A stretch of DNA of 32,000 nucleotides from Vibrio alginolyticus NBRC 15630 = ATCC 17749 (lineage in GTDB: Bacteria > Pseudomonadota > Gammaproteobacteria > Enterobacterales > Vibrionaceae): the NCBI RefSeq assembly GCF_000354175.2, contig NC_022349.1:690001-722000 (forward strand), written 5' to 3'. Below the pieces are notes generated by a model that made no database searches, had not been told where the DNA came from, and saw only the letters and a program-made list of their open reading frames with translations. The translations under genes were made by a program, and so were the position numbers. Below, one piece after another: positions 1 to 7,812 of the stretch (its first letter is position 1; every line of letters begins with the position of its first letter).

Positions 1-382
1 TACCTGACTTTACGATCAATGCCTCGTTTTTAAAGGTATTTTCCCACCCGTTAGTTCAAATCATCACCACTCAAATGATCTAAAACTTTCAACATCTTTA
101 GTTTGAATGTTTTTCATTCATGAACGTATTTTGTTTCCTTTAGAAGAAGTGAATACTTATTTACATGCATTTTGGTATATACCAGTCGGGATTGGTTGAT
201 GTAAATTACTTACAAACACCCTTTATAGGGGAATAAATAGGGTTGTTTTAGGCGCTAGGTTGCCTAATTAAAGGAGTAATCAAATTGAAATAAGTAAAAT
301 AAAAGTGACCAGCTTCATGTTTGCATGCATAGAAAACAAACAGTTTCATGGTCTTTCGGATTGGAGTGTCAGAGGAAAGGAC

Positions 383-410
383 AAAAAAAATCGACCCAAT
401 AAGGTCGATT
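383..410 (-). terminator. Rho-independent terminator downstream of zapC
   Basis: The minus strand reads TCGACC-ttattg-GGTCGA, extendable by two A-T pairs. It is followed by a T-run (plus-strand A-run 383-390) about 42 nt after the zapC stop. Confidence 0.7.
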
Positions 411-451
411 AAGGCAAACAAAGGAACGAAATAAAGAAAAATTAAACAGCT

Positions 452-995
452 TTAACCCACCATTGCCATAGGGGTCATTGCAAAGAGGTGGTTTGCACAA
501 GCCATGCGATCATGCATTACTTTAATCGGCTGCCCAAATTGAAGCGCCTTATTGCCATCAAGAACAAAGGCTTCTTGGTTAACATAAGCACATAAGCTCG
601 ATGTTTCGCCTGGTTCTAGAACGATGAACATACCATCAGAATATTGATTTGTGAGAAAGACCATGTCCCCTTCTTGAGGTTCATAATCAGAGGACTGTGC
701 ATCGAAGAACCAGCTCTTAGGCTGTACAGGTTTATGAAAAACGCTTTGCAGCAACACAATACAGTGTTAATTCAGCTTGGCGATATTCACTGATATCGAG
801 ACAGCGAATGCGCTCATTAAACGTTTGAAATGCGCTGGCGTCATCAACGGTAAATTCACTGTTTGAGAAGGCACAGTTAACCAACAATTTTCGGGATAGA
901 TTGGTTTGGAAAATCATTTCCTCCCCCAGATCCAGCATTAAGCAAGCTTTTTGCTCGTCAAAATACCAATTCCATTTGTCGCTGGGTTTAAGCAT
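452..995 (-). pseudogene. zapC: Cell-division protein ZapC, split by a +1 frameshift in a homopolymer (real pseudogene or sequencing error)
   Basis: ORFs 732..995 (87 aa) and 452..757 (101 aa) overlap and together are colinear with ZapC. The N-terminus MLKPSDKWNWYFDEQ.. resembles E. coli MRIKPDDNWRWYYDEE.., and ..HKPVQPKSWFF.. resembles ..LKPQMPKSWHF... The coding strand reads CGT TTT TCA TAA. Removing one T from the T5 run (plus A-run 737-741) gives CGT TTT CAT AAA CCT = ..KRFHKPVQP.. and one ORF of about 179 aa. Confidence 0.85.
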
Positions 996-1089
996 TATTC
1001 CGTTCTCTCTTGACTAGTTAAATCAGTGGTAAAGAGGTAAGACGCTTAATTACCTACTCGTGATTTTTAAATTCTACAAACGAACGGAT

Positions 1090-1121
1090 AAAAAAAAAGA
1101 GGAAACAAAGTCCTCTTTTTT
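1090..1121. terminator. Bidirectional rho-independent terminator; terminates pyrD
   Basis: AAGAGGA (1097-1103) and TCCTCTT (1111-1117) form a stem with a 7-nt loop. It is flanked by an A9 run (1090-1098) and a T-run (1116-1121), 43 nt downstream of the pyrD stop on the minus strand. Confidence 0.75.
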
Positions 1122-1163
1122 ATGTAACAGGTACTGATTTTTCAGTAGTTTTTGATGTATATG

Positions 1164-2174
1164 TTAAAGATTCTTAACAATATCACGTACGAGACCTGGG
1201 CCGTGGTAAATAAAGCCAGTGTAGACTTGAACAAGTTTAGCGCCTGCCATGATCTTTTCTTTGGCTGCAACATAGGAATCTACACCACCAACACCGATAA
1301 TTGGAAGTTTGTCTCCAAGCTCTTCATGAAGCTTACGTACGACCTCCGTAGAGCGTGATTGCACAGGGCGACCACTCAAGCCACCTGCCTCATTGGCGTG
1401 TCTCATCCCTTCTACGATCGTGCGATCCAAAGTTGTGTTAGTCGCGATCACACCATCTATATTGTTTTTCAATAAAGAATCGCAGATTTGGCAGATTTCA
1501 TCGTCACTTAAATCTGGCGCAATCTTTAATGCTAACGGGACATACTTGTTGTACTTCTCTGATAACTCCGCTTGTTTCGCTTTTAATTCGGAAAGCAGTT
1601 CATCAAGCGCTTCACCATATTGAAGTGAACGAAGACCTGGAGTGTTTGGCGATGAGATGTTTACTGCAATATAGCCAGCATACTCATACACTTTTTCCAT
1701 ACAAATCAGGTAGTCCTCTGCCCCTTTCTCAATTGGCGTATCTTTATTTTTACCGATATTAATTCCGAGAACACAATTGAATTTTGCTCGTTTAACATTC
1801 TCGATCAAATTATCAACGCCTAGGTTATTAAAGCCCATGCGGTTGATGATCCCTTCTGCTTCCACTAAACGGAATAAGCGTGGTTTATCATTACCTGGTT
1901 GTGGTCGTGGCGTTACAGTGCCGACTTCGACAAAGCCAAAGCCCATGGCATCAAATGCTTCAATACATTCGCCGTTTTTATCTAAACCAGCCGCAAGACC
2001 AACAGGGTTACGGAATGTTAGACCCATACACTCAACTGGACGAGTTGGTAACTGTTGGCGGTAAAAGAGATCAAGTGGTGTGCCGTTAAAGCGTTGGAAG
2101 TTCTTGATTGCAAGATCATGTGCCTTCTCGGCATCGAGTTGGAAAAAGCCAGTTCTGGCTAGACGGTAAAGCAT
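1164..2174 (-). CDS. pyrD: Dihydroorotate dehydrogenase (quinone), class 2
   Basis: The 336-aa ORF aligns over its full length with E. coli PyrD from memory ([21 protein letters not shown], [19 protein letters not shown], [14 protein letters not shown], [16 protein letters not shown], IIGVGGxxS). A GGAGG SD lies 4 nt upstream of the ATG. Confidence 0.97.
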   Translation of the reverse strand: MLYRLARTGFFQLDAEKAHDLAIKNFQRFNGTPLDLFYRQQLPTRPVECMGLTFRNPVGLAAGLDKNGECIEAFDAMGFGFVEVGTVTPRPQPGNDKPRLFRLVEAEGIINRMGFNNLGVDNLIENVKRAKFNCVLGINIGKNKDTPIEKGAEDYLICMEKVYEYAGYIAVNISSPNTPGLRSLQYGEALDELLSELKAKQAELSEKYNKYVPLALKIAPDLSDDEICQICDSLLKNNIDGVIATNTTLDRTIVEGMRHANEAGGLSGRPVQSRSTEVVRKLHEELGDKLPIIGVGGVDSYVAAKEKIMAGAKLVQVYTGFIYHGPGLVRDIVKNL

Positions 2175-2183
2175 TGTGCCTCC

Positions 2184-2244
2184 GAAAGAAAAAAGCCCCG
2201 TATAAACGGGACAATATTATTTACCGTTTTTCATCGTAATTCAA
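2184..2244 (-). promoter_or_regulatory. Candidate pyrD promoter plus terminator-like leader hairpin
   Basis: The coding strand reads TTGAAT (2239-2244), a 17-bp spacer, AATAAT (2216-2221), attgt, then GTCCCGTTTATACGGGGC (7-bp stem, 2195-2212), TTTTTT (2189-2194), cttc, GGAGG, caca, ATG. All elements were read by eye. Confidence 0.35.
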
Positions 2245-2435
2245 TGAAAATGAACGTAATAAGTAAAAACCTATATCTTTATAAGATTTTCAAATATAAA
2301 ACAAACAATTACAATCAAGTTTCTGCGATAAAAATCGTAACTAACCGCTTAAAAGCAATCGATTTCACTCTGTTTTAATTTCAACTCAATGTGACAATGT
2401 AACTATTTTCGTTCCAAATGTGAATAATAGATAAT

Positions 2436-2464
2436 AAAAAGCCCCGTTAAATAACGAGGCTTTT
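2436..2464 (-). terminator. Rho-independent terminator downstream of the glutamate dehydrogenase gene
   Basis: The minus strand reads GCCTCGTT-attt-AACGGGGC (8 bp including one G-U pair) followed by TTTTT, about 25 nt after the stop at 2486. Confidence 0.75.
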
Positions 2465-2485
2465 ACTTATGACTTGATTATTCCA

Positions 2486-5400
2486 CTACTCTTTCGATGA
2501 GCAGTTGAGGTTTAAAAGTACTAGCTCTCGAAGTGCTACAGAGAACTTAGCAAATTCGTGTACTGAGCCAACTTTGAACTCGTTTAAGATACTCTCCCAG
2601 CGGTGCAACGATTGCTCGTTAGTTTCAATCCAATCTTCTAACGCAGCCATCACGTCAAGCTCTTCGGTTGAGCAGCCACAAGTCAGTACCTGAGCGGTAA
2701 GTTGACGTTGTTGCCAGTCCAGATCTTCACGGAATGCCGCTCTTGCAAGTGCTTGCCAGTTGTTATCAACGGCTTGGCTATTAATTTGCTTCAAGAACCA
2801 ATGCAACGATAAACGGTCACCCAAGTTAAAGTAGAGTTTCGATGCTTGCTCAACCGTTTTACCTGTTTCACTTGCTACTGATGAAATATCCAGTGCAGAT
2901 TGTAAGCTTGATAAGCGGGCAACTTGGTGAGCGAGTTTCTCTTCAACCCCTTTCTCTATCCAACCTTGAGCCAACTCATTGTGTTCTTCAACTTCAGACT
3001 CAACTAACATAGTGTCTAGGGTTTCAGTGATAACATTGACATCTTGCTTGTAGATAGCAATCAACTCACCGACCGTGCATTTGCCGCTACGGTTACGAAG
3101 CAACCAGCGTGCAATTCGACGCAGTGCTCGGCGCACGTAAAACATAATTTCGTATTGAGCTTGCGCTGTCGCAACGTTATCAAGTTTGCGAGTTTGCTTG
3201 AGGATTTCTTCTAAATCAAAGATTTCTCTAGCCGCACTGTAAGCGTTGGCAATATCGACAACACTTGCACCAGTTTCTTCTTGCAAACGAGTAACGAAGT
3301 TACAGCCCATTTCATTAACCATCTGGTTAGCCAATGCTGTAGCGATAATTTCAGCTCGCAGTGGGTGATTAACCATTTGATCTTTATAGTTACGTCGTAA
3401 CGCACTTGGGAAATATTCAACAAGTTGTTTTGCATGGAATTCATCATTTGCGATTTCATCCGTAACAAGTTGCTGTTTAAGTACCATTTTACCGTAGGCA
3501 ACTAACACTGATAGCTCAGGGCGAGTCAGACCTAGTCCCTGTTTTTCACGCTCGATTAGCGTTTCATCATCAGGAATGTATTCGAGAGCACGGTCCAAGT
3601 ACCCTGCTTTCTCCATAGTGTGGATGAATCGAATTTGCTCCTTAACAATGCCAACACCTTGCTGTTCAGTAACAGAGATCGACTCCGACTGACGGTAAGC
3701 ATCATCCAAGACAATTTCACCCACTTCGTCTTCCATAGACTCTAGAATTTGGTTACGTTGCTTAACCGTAAGATCGCCATTTGAAACCAGTCCATTGAGG
3801 AAGATCTTGATGTTGACTTCATTATCCGAACAGTCAACGCCACCTACGTTATCAACGAAGTCCGTGTTCACTCGACCGCCAGTTAGTGCGTATTCGATAC
3901 GACCAAGCTGAGTCATACCCAAGTTACCACCTTCGCCAACCACTTTGGCTCTTAAGTCACGGCCGTCAATGCGCAGCATGTCGTTAGCACGGTCACCAAC
4001 ATCTGTATGAGTTTCTGTCGATGATTTAACGTAAGTGCCGATACCACCGTTCCAAAGAAGATCGACTTTCATTTTCAAGATCATCTTTATCAGATCGTTA
4101 GGCGCTAAAGATGCTTTCTTCGTACCTAACATTTTCTGAATTTCTGGCGTCAACTGGATCGATTTTGATCGACGAGAGAAGATGCCACCACCTTGAGAGA
4201 TCAAGTCTTTGTTGTAATCTTCCCAGCTTGATCTTGGCAAATTAAACAAGCGGTTACGCTCTTCCCAGCTGCTGGCTGAATCTGGATTTGGATCAATAAA
4301 GATGTGCATGTGGTTAAACGCAGCTTGCAATCGAATATGCTTCGATAACAGCATACCGTTACCGAACACGTCACCTGCCATATCACCTACACCGATTGCA
4401 GTAAAATCAGTGGTCTGACAGTTGATGCCCATTTCACGGAAGTGACGTTTAACAGATTCCCAACCACCTTTTGCGGTGATTCCCATTGCTTTGTGATCGT
4501 AACCGTTTGAACCACCTGAAGCGAATGCGTCACCTAGCCAGAAGTTGTATTCTGCAGAAACAGAGTTTGCCAAATCTGAGAAGGTTGCTGTGCCTTTATC
4601 GGCAGCCACTACTAGATATGGGTCATCTTCATCGTGACGAACAACGTTTTGTGGTGGTACCACCTCTCCTTCAATGATGTTATCTGACACATCAAGCAGT
4701 GCACGGATAAAGCGTTTGTAACAACGCTGACCTTCCGCAAAAATTTCATCACGACTGGTGAGAGATGGCTGGCGTTTACAAACGAAGCCGCCTTTTGCAC
4801 CCACTGGTACAATTACAGTGTTCTTAACCTGTTGCGCTTTCACTAAGCCAAGAATCTCCGTACGGAAGTCTTCTTGACGATCTGACCAACGCAAACCACC
4901 ACGAGCCACTTTTCCACCACGAAGGTGAACACCTTCAATATCTGGTGCGTAAACAAAGATCTCGAATGCAGGTACAGGCTGCGGAATCTCAGGAATATCG
5001 CTTGGCTTCATTTTCAAAGATAACCAAGGCTTAGGCTGCTTATTCTCGTCTACTTGGTAGTAGTTGGTACGAAGCGTCGCCATGATCATTTCGATATAAC
5101 GACGAATAATACGATCATCATCCAAGCTCTCTACACGATCCAACTGCTCTGTTAGCTTTTTAATTAGATCGTTTTGGCCTTTGTCGCTGCCTTTGTGTTT
5201 CGGATCAAATCGCTTGGTGAACAGCTTGACTAGACCTGTCGCTAAGTCTGGGTAGTGGCTTAGCGTGTCTTCGATGTACTGCTGACTGAATGGGAAGCCG
5301 ACTTGGCGCATGTATCGTGCGTAAGCGCGAAGAATGGAAATCTCACGGCCAGATAAAGACGCACCTAATAACAATCGGTTGAAACCATCACTTTCAAGAT

Positions 5401-7327
5401 TACCCGCCCAAATGGCAGCAAATGCTTGTTGGAAACGATCACGAGCTTCACGAAGGTCAACGGTTTTCTCGCTCTTATGCAGCATAGAGAAGTCAAGGAT
5501 CCAGAAGGTCTGACCGTTGTTTTTCTCGATCTCATATGGCGATTCGCCAATCACACGCAAACCAAGGTTTTCCAACATCGGCATTACGTCAGAAAGGTGA
5601 ATTGGTTCATCGCGATGATATAACTTTAAGCGGACAGCTTTGGAATCTGCTCCCTCTTCTTGAGGTCGGTAGAACAACATACCAAGTTTATTATCATCAC
5701 TTAACGCTTCTAAGCGCTCGATATCTGCAACCGCAGAACCTGGCATCATGTCCTCTTTGTATGAGCGAGGGAACGCACTCATATATTCTTTTGAAAGAGG
5801 AAGGCCTTTACTTTCACCAAAGTTAGCAATGATGGATTCTTTTAGTCTGTCATCCCAAGAGGTAGAAACTTCCATTAGATTTTGCTCGATCTTTTTCACG
5901 TCTACGTCAATGTTGTTATTGTCTACACGAACAATGTAATGTGTTCTCGCTAGTGGGCTTTCTGAGAAGTACGTTGTAAATTCAACCTCTTGCTCGCAAC
6001 CAAAGTACTGCTTAAGAATGCGTTGAGTTTGACGACGCAATTCTGTGTTGTAACGATCTTTAGTGACATAAACCATGCAACTGAAGAAACGACCAAATGG
6101 GTCTTTACGAACAAACAAACGCAGCAAGTCACGATCTTGCATTTGTACAACACCCATTCCCACCTCAAGCAGCTCTTCTTCATTAGCTTGAAGCAACTCG
6201 TCGCGTGGGTAGTTTTCTAAGATATTGTGCAATGCTTTGTATGAGTATGATCCGTGACGGTATCCACTTGCTTCAAGGATACGGTCAACTTTTTCACGGA
6301 TCAGAGGAATACTTTGTACCGCTTGGTTGTAAACAGCGGAGGTATATAAACCAGTAAAGCGATGCTCACCTATTACTTTACCGTTTTTATCAAACTTTTT
6401 AATACCGATGTAATCAGTATAAGCTGGACGGTGGATACGAGATGCTTTGTTACCTTTGGTGATGATCAGAGCGTATGGTTTTTTCGCTTCTAATCGCGCT
6501 GAATCTGATAATTCAGAGAGCTTGACGCTACGAACGCGCTTGTCATCAGCAAACAGACCTAGTCCTTTTTCTTTAGCAGGAACAAGTTCGGTATCACCAT
6601 TGACCTCTTTTAAGTCATAATCTTTATAACCCATAAAGGTAAAGTTATGATCTTCTAGCCAACGAAGAAATGCGATCGTTTCATCCATACGATCCGTTTG
6701 GATAGAAACACGATCTTTATTTTTCTCAAGTTCATCAGTAACAAACTTAAGCTTATCAACCATCTGCTTCCAGTCATCAACGACTAAGCGAGTATCAGAT
6801 AGAATTCTTAACAGCTCTTCTTTAAGCGCTTGCATCTCGTCTTTACTAGTAAGGCGGTCTACCTCTATGTGGAAAAGTGATTGAAGAACACCACCCTCAC
6901 CGTTTACGTCTGTAACTTGGCCTTTTTTATCACGCTGAATCTGTGTTGGGTTATTCAACATTAGGTGACAAACAAGATCCAAACGTGCTAAAGCCATTTT
7001 GACTGAGTCCACTAAGAATGGACTATCTGGAACAACAATTTCTACGATTGTGTGTGTGGATTGCCAGCCTTGACGACTTACGGTCGGGTTAAATACTCGA
7101 ACCGAAATCTCTTCTGGTTTTTTTTCATTGATATGGTGCCAAAGGCTAACGACAGCACCATAAAGGTCGGATTCGTTTCGCTGAATTAGATCATCATCAG
7201 CAATGTTACTGAATAAGTGTTGAGCAAGTTTAGTTACAAGCGTTTGGTGAGAAAGCTCGAGTTTGTCTTGAATCAGTTGGTAAACCTTTTCAAGCAGAAC
7301 CGGCACTACATTTTCACGCGCGGTCAT
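2486..7327 (-). CDS. gdhB: NAD-specific glutamate dehydrogenase, large (~180 kDa) bacterial class
   Basis: A single uninterrupted ORF of about 1613 aa carries the catalytic-core motifs I associate with the large bacterial GDH family (RGGLRWSDRQEDFRTEILGLVKAQQVKN, VPVGAKGGF, GPDEGT-like ADKGTATFSD, GGSxGYDHKxMGITAxG). I place the start at the second ATG (7327), because GGAG lies 7 nt upstream of it. The ORF-track start at 7342 has no SD. Confidence 0.93.
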   Translation of the reverse strand: MTARENVVPVLLEKVYQLIQDKLELSHQTLVTKLAQHLFSNIADDDLIQRNESDLYGAVVSLWHHINEKKPEEISVRVFNPTVSRQGWQSTHTIVEIVVPDSPFLVDSVKMALARLDLVCHLMLNNPTQIQRDKKGQVTDVNGEGGVLQSLFHIEVDRLTSKDEMQALKEELLRILSDTRLVVDDWKQMVDKLKFVTDELEKNKDRVSIQTDRMDETIAFLRWLEDHNFTFMGYKDYDLKEVNGDTELVPAKEKGLGLFADDKRVRSVKLSELSDSARLEAKKPYALIITKGNKASRIHRPAYTDYIGIKKFDKNGKVIGEHRFTGLYTSAVYNQAVQSIPLIREKVDRILEASGYRHGSYSYKALHNILENYPRDELLQANEEELLEVGMGVVQMQDRDLLRLFVRKDPFGRFFSCMVYVTKDRYNTELRRQTQRILKQYFGCEQEVEFTTYFSESPLARTHYIVRVDNNNIDVDVKKIEQNLMEVSTSWDDRLKESIIANFGESKGLPLSKEYMSAFPRSYKEDMMPGSAVADIERLEALSDDNKLGMLFYRPQEEGADSKAVRLKLYHRDEPIHLSDVMPMLENLGLRVIGESPYEIEKNNGQTFWILDFSMLHKSEKTVDLREARDRFQQAFAAIWAGNLESDGFNRLLLGASLSGREISILRAYARYMRQVGFPFSQQYIEDTLSHYPDLATGLVKLFTKRFDPKHKGSDKGQNDLIKKLTEQLDRVESLDDDRIIRRYIEMIMATLRTNYYQVDENKQPKPWLSLKMKPSDIPEIPQPVPAFEIFVYAPDIEGVHLRGGKVARGGLRWSDRQEDFRTEILGLVKAQQVKNTVIVPVGAKGGFVCKRQPSLTSRDEIFAEGQRCYKRFIRALLDVSDNIIEGEVVPPQNVVRHDEDDPYLVVAADKGTATFSDLANSVSAEYNFWLGDAFASGGSNGYDHKAMGITAKGGWESVKRHFREMGINCQTTDFTAIGVGDMAGDVFGNGMLLSKHIRLQAAFNHMHIFIDPNPDSASSWEERNRLFNLPRSSWEDYNKDLISQGGGIFSRRSKSIQLTPEIQKMLGTKKASLAPNDLIKMILKMKVDLLWNGGIGTYVKSSTETHTDVGDRANDMLRIDGRDLRAKVVGEGGNLGMTQLGRIEYALTGGRVNTDFVDNVGGVDCSDNEVNIKIFLNGLVSNGDLTVKQRNQILESMEDEVGEIVLDDAYRQSESISVTEQQGVGIVKEQIRFIHTMEKAGYLDRALEYIPDDETLIEREKQGLGLTRPELSVLVAYGKMVLKQQLVTDEIANDEFHAKQLVEYFPSALRRNYKDQMVNHPLRAEIIATALANQMVNEMGCNFVTRLQEETGASVVDIANAYSAAREIFDLEEILKQTRKLDNVATAQAQYEIMFYVRRALRRIARWLLRNRSGKCTVGELIAIYKQDVNVITETLDTMLVESEVEEHNELAQGWIEKGVEEKLAHQVARLSSLQSALDISSVASETGKTVEQASKLYFNLGDRLSLHWFLKQINSQAVDNNWQALARAAFREDLDWQQRQLTAQVLTCGCSTEELDVMAALEDWIETNEQSLHRWESILNEFKVGSVHEFAKFSVALRELVLLNLNCSSKE

Positions 7328-7528
7328 ATTCACACTCCACATTAGAATTGTTGTTTTGTAGGGGGACTTAGTAGCTAGGCTGTTACCTTAGAAACTAAGC
7401 ATAGGTAATGCATGTGCCCATTGTAAAAGCATAATTACAAATGTTTAACAACTAATCGTAGTGGTAAGAGGTGAAATGTCCGATTCTGTGACTAAGATTC
7501 CTATTTAACTCTCTGCAAATACAATACA

Positions 7529-7747
7529 TCACAGAGTTTCTAACTTAAGAAACTTATTATTTTGGTTAGTTGTTAGTCTAAACTGGCCTCTAACGCCCAA
7601 TTGACTAAGAAATGGTCTAAATCTCGCGGCGGGTAACTGCAAACGCAAACCGTTGTGTGTGACAACTTGAACAACACTTGCCGCACCAGAATAATGAGAT
7701 AAAAACGTTTGATATGAAATGTTGAGATTGAAGTAGTAATAGTTCAT
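7529..7747 (-). CDS. Small conserved protein of unknown function (DUF2835-like, family recalled from memory)
   Basis: The sequence MNYYYFNLNISYQTFLSHYSGAASVVQVVTHNGLRLQLPAARFRPFLSQLGVRGQFRLTTNQNNKF.. fits the pattern of ~70-aa proteins found next to pepN/gdh in Vibrio and Shewanella. The start is ambiguous (TTG 7774, ATG 7768, ATG 7747). I chose 7747 because homologues begin just before the YYF motif. Confidence 0.6.
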   Translation of the reverse strand: MNYYYFNLNISYQTFLSHYSGAASVVQVVTHNGLRLQLPAARFRPFLSQLGVRGQFRLTTNQNNKFLKLETL

Positions 7748-7768
7748 GAAGTGAAAACTAAGTGACAT

Positions 7769-7798
7769 AAACAAATAAGGTGGTCTAAATGACCACCC
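7769..7798 (-). terminator. Rho-independent terminator downstream of pepN
   Basis: The minus strand reads GGTGGTC-attta-GACCACC followed by TTATTTGTTT, starting about 15 nt after the pepN stop. Confidence 0.75.
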
Positions 7799-7812
7799 TA
7801 TTGTGTTGTTTA

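Noticed and set aside
1-451. A 450-bp stretch with no ORF of 60 aa or more. It has a few weak hairpins and mini-ORFs, for example a 17-codon minus-strand ORF at 64-117.
   Set aside because: I could not identify an SD, a promoter/terminator pair or a recognisable RNA motif. Plus-strand frame 1 is open from position 1 to TAA at 31-33. The region may therefore simply hold the end or the promoter of a gene outside the window. It cannot be resolved from this sequence alone.
1152-2089. ORF-track entries antisense to or overlapping pyrD. The same situation occurs inside gdh, pepN, prc, proQ, the ABC gene, letA (16622..16960), letB, rsmF, the cvfB-like gene (22491..23159), the cysG-like gene, aapJ and aapM (31200..31760).
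   Set aside because: All are embedded in, or antisense to, strongly conserved genes whose full-length homology accounts for the sequence. Their translations are low-complexity or rich in Ser, Leu and Arg, as expected of shadow ORFs. None has an SD.
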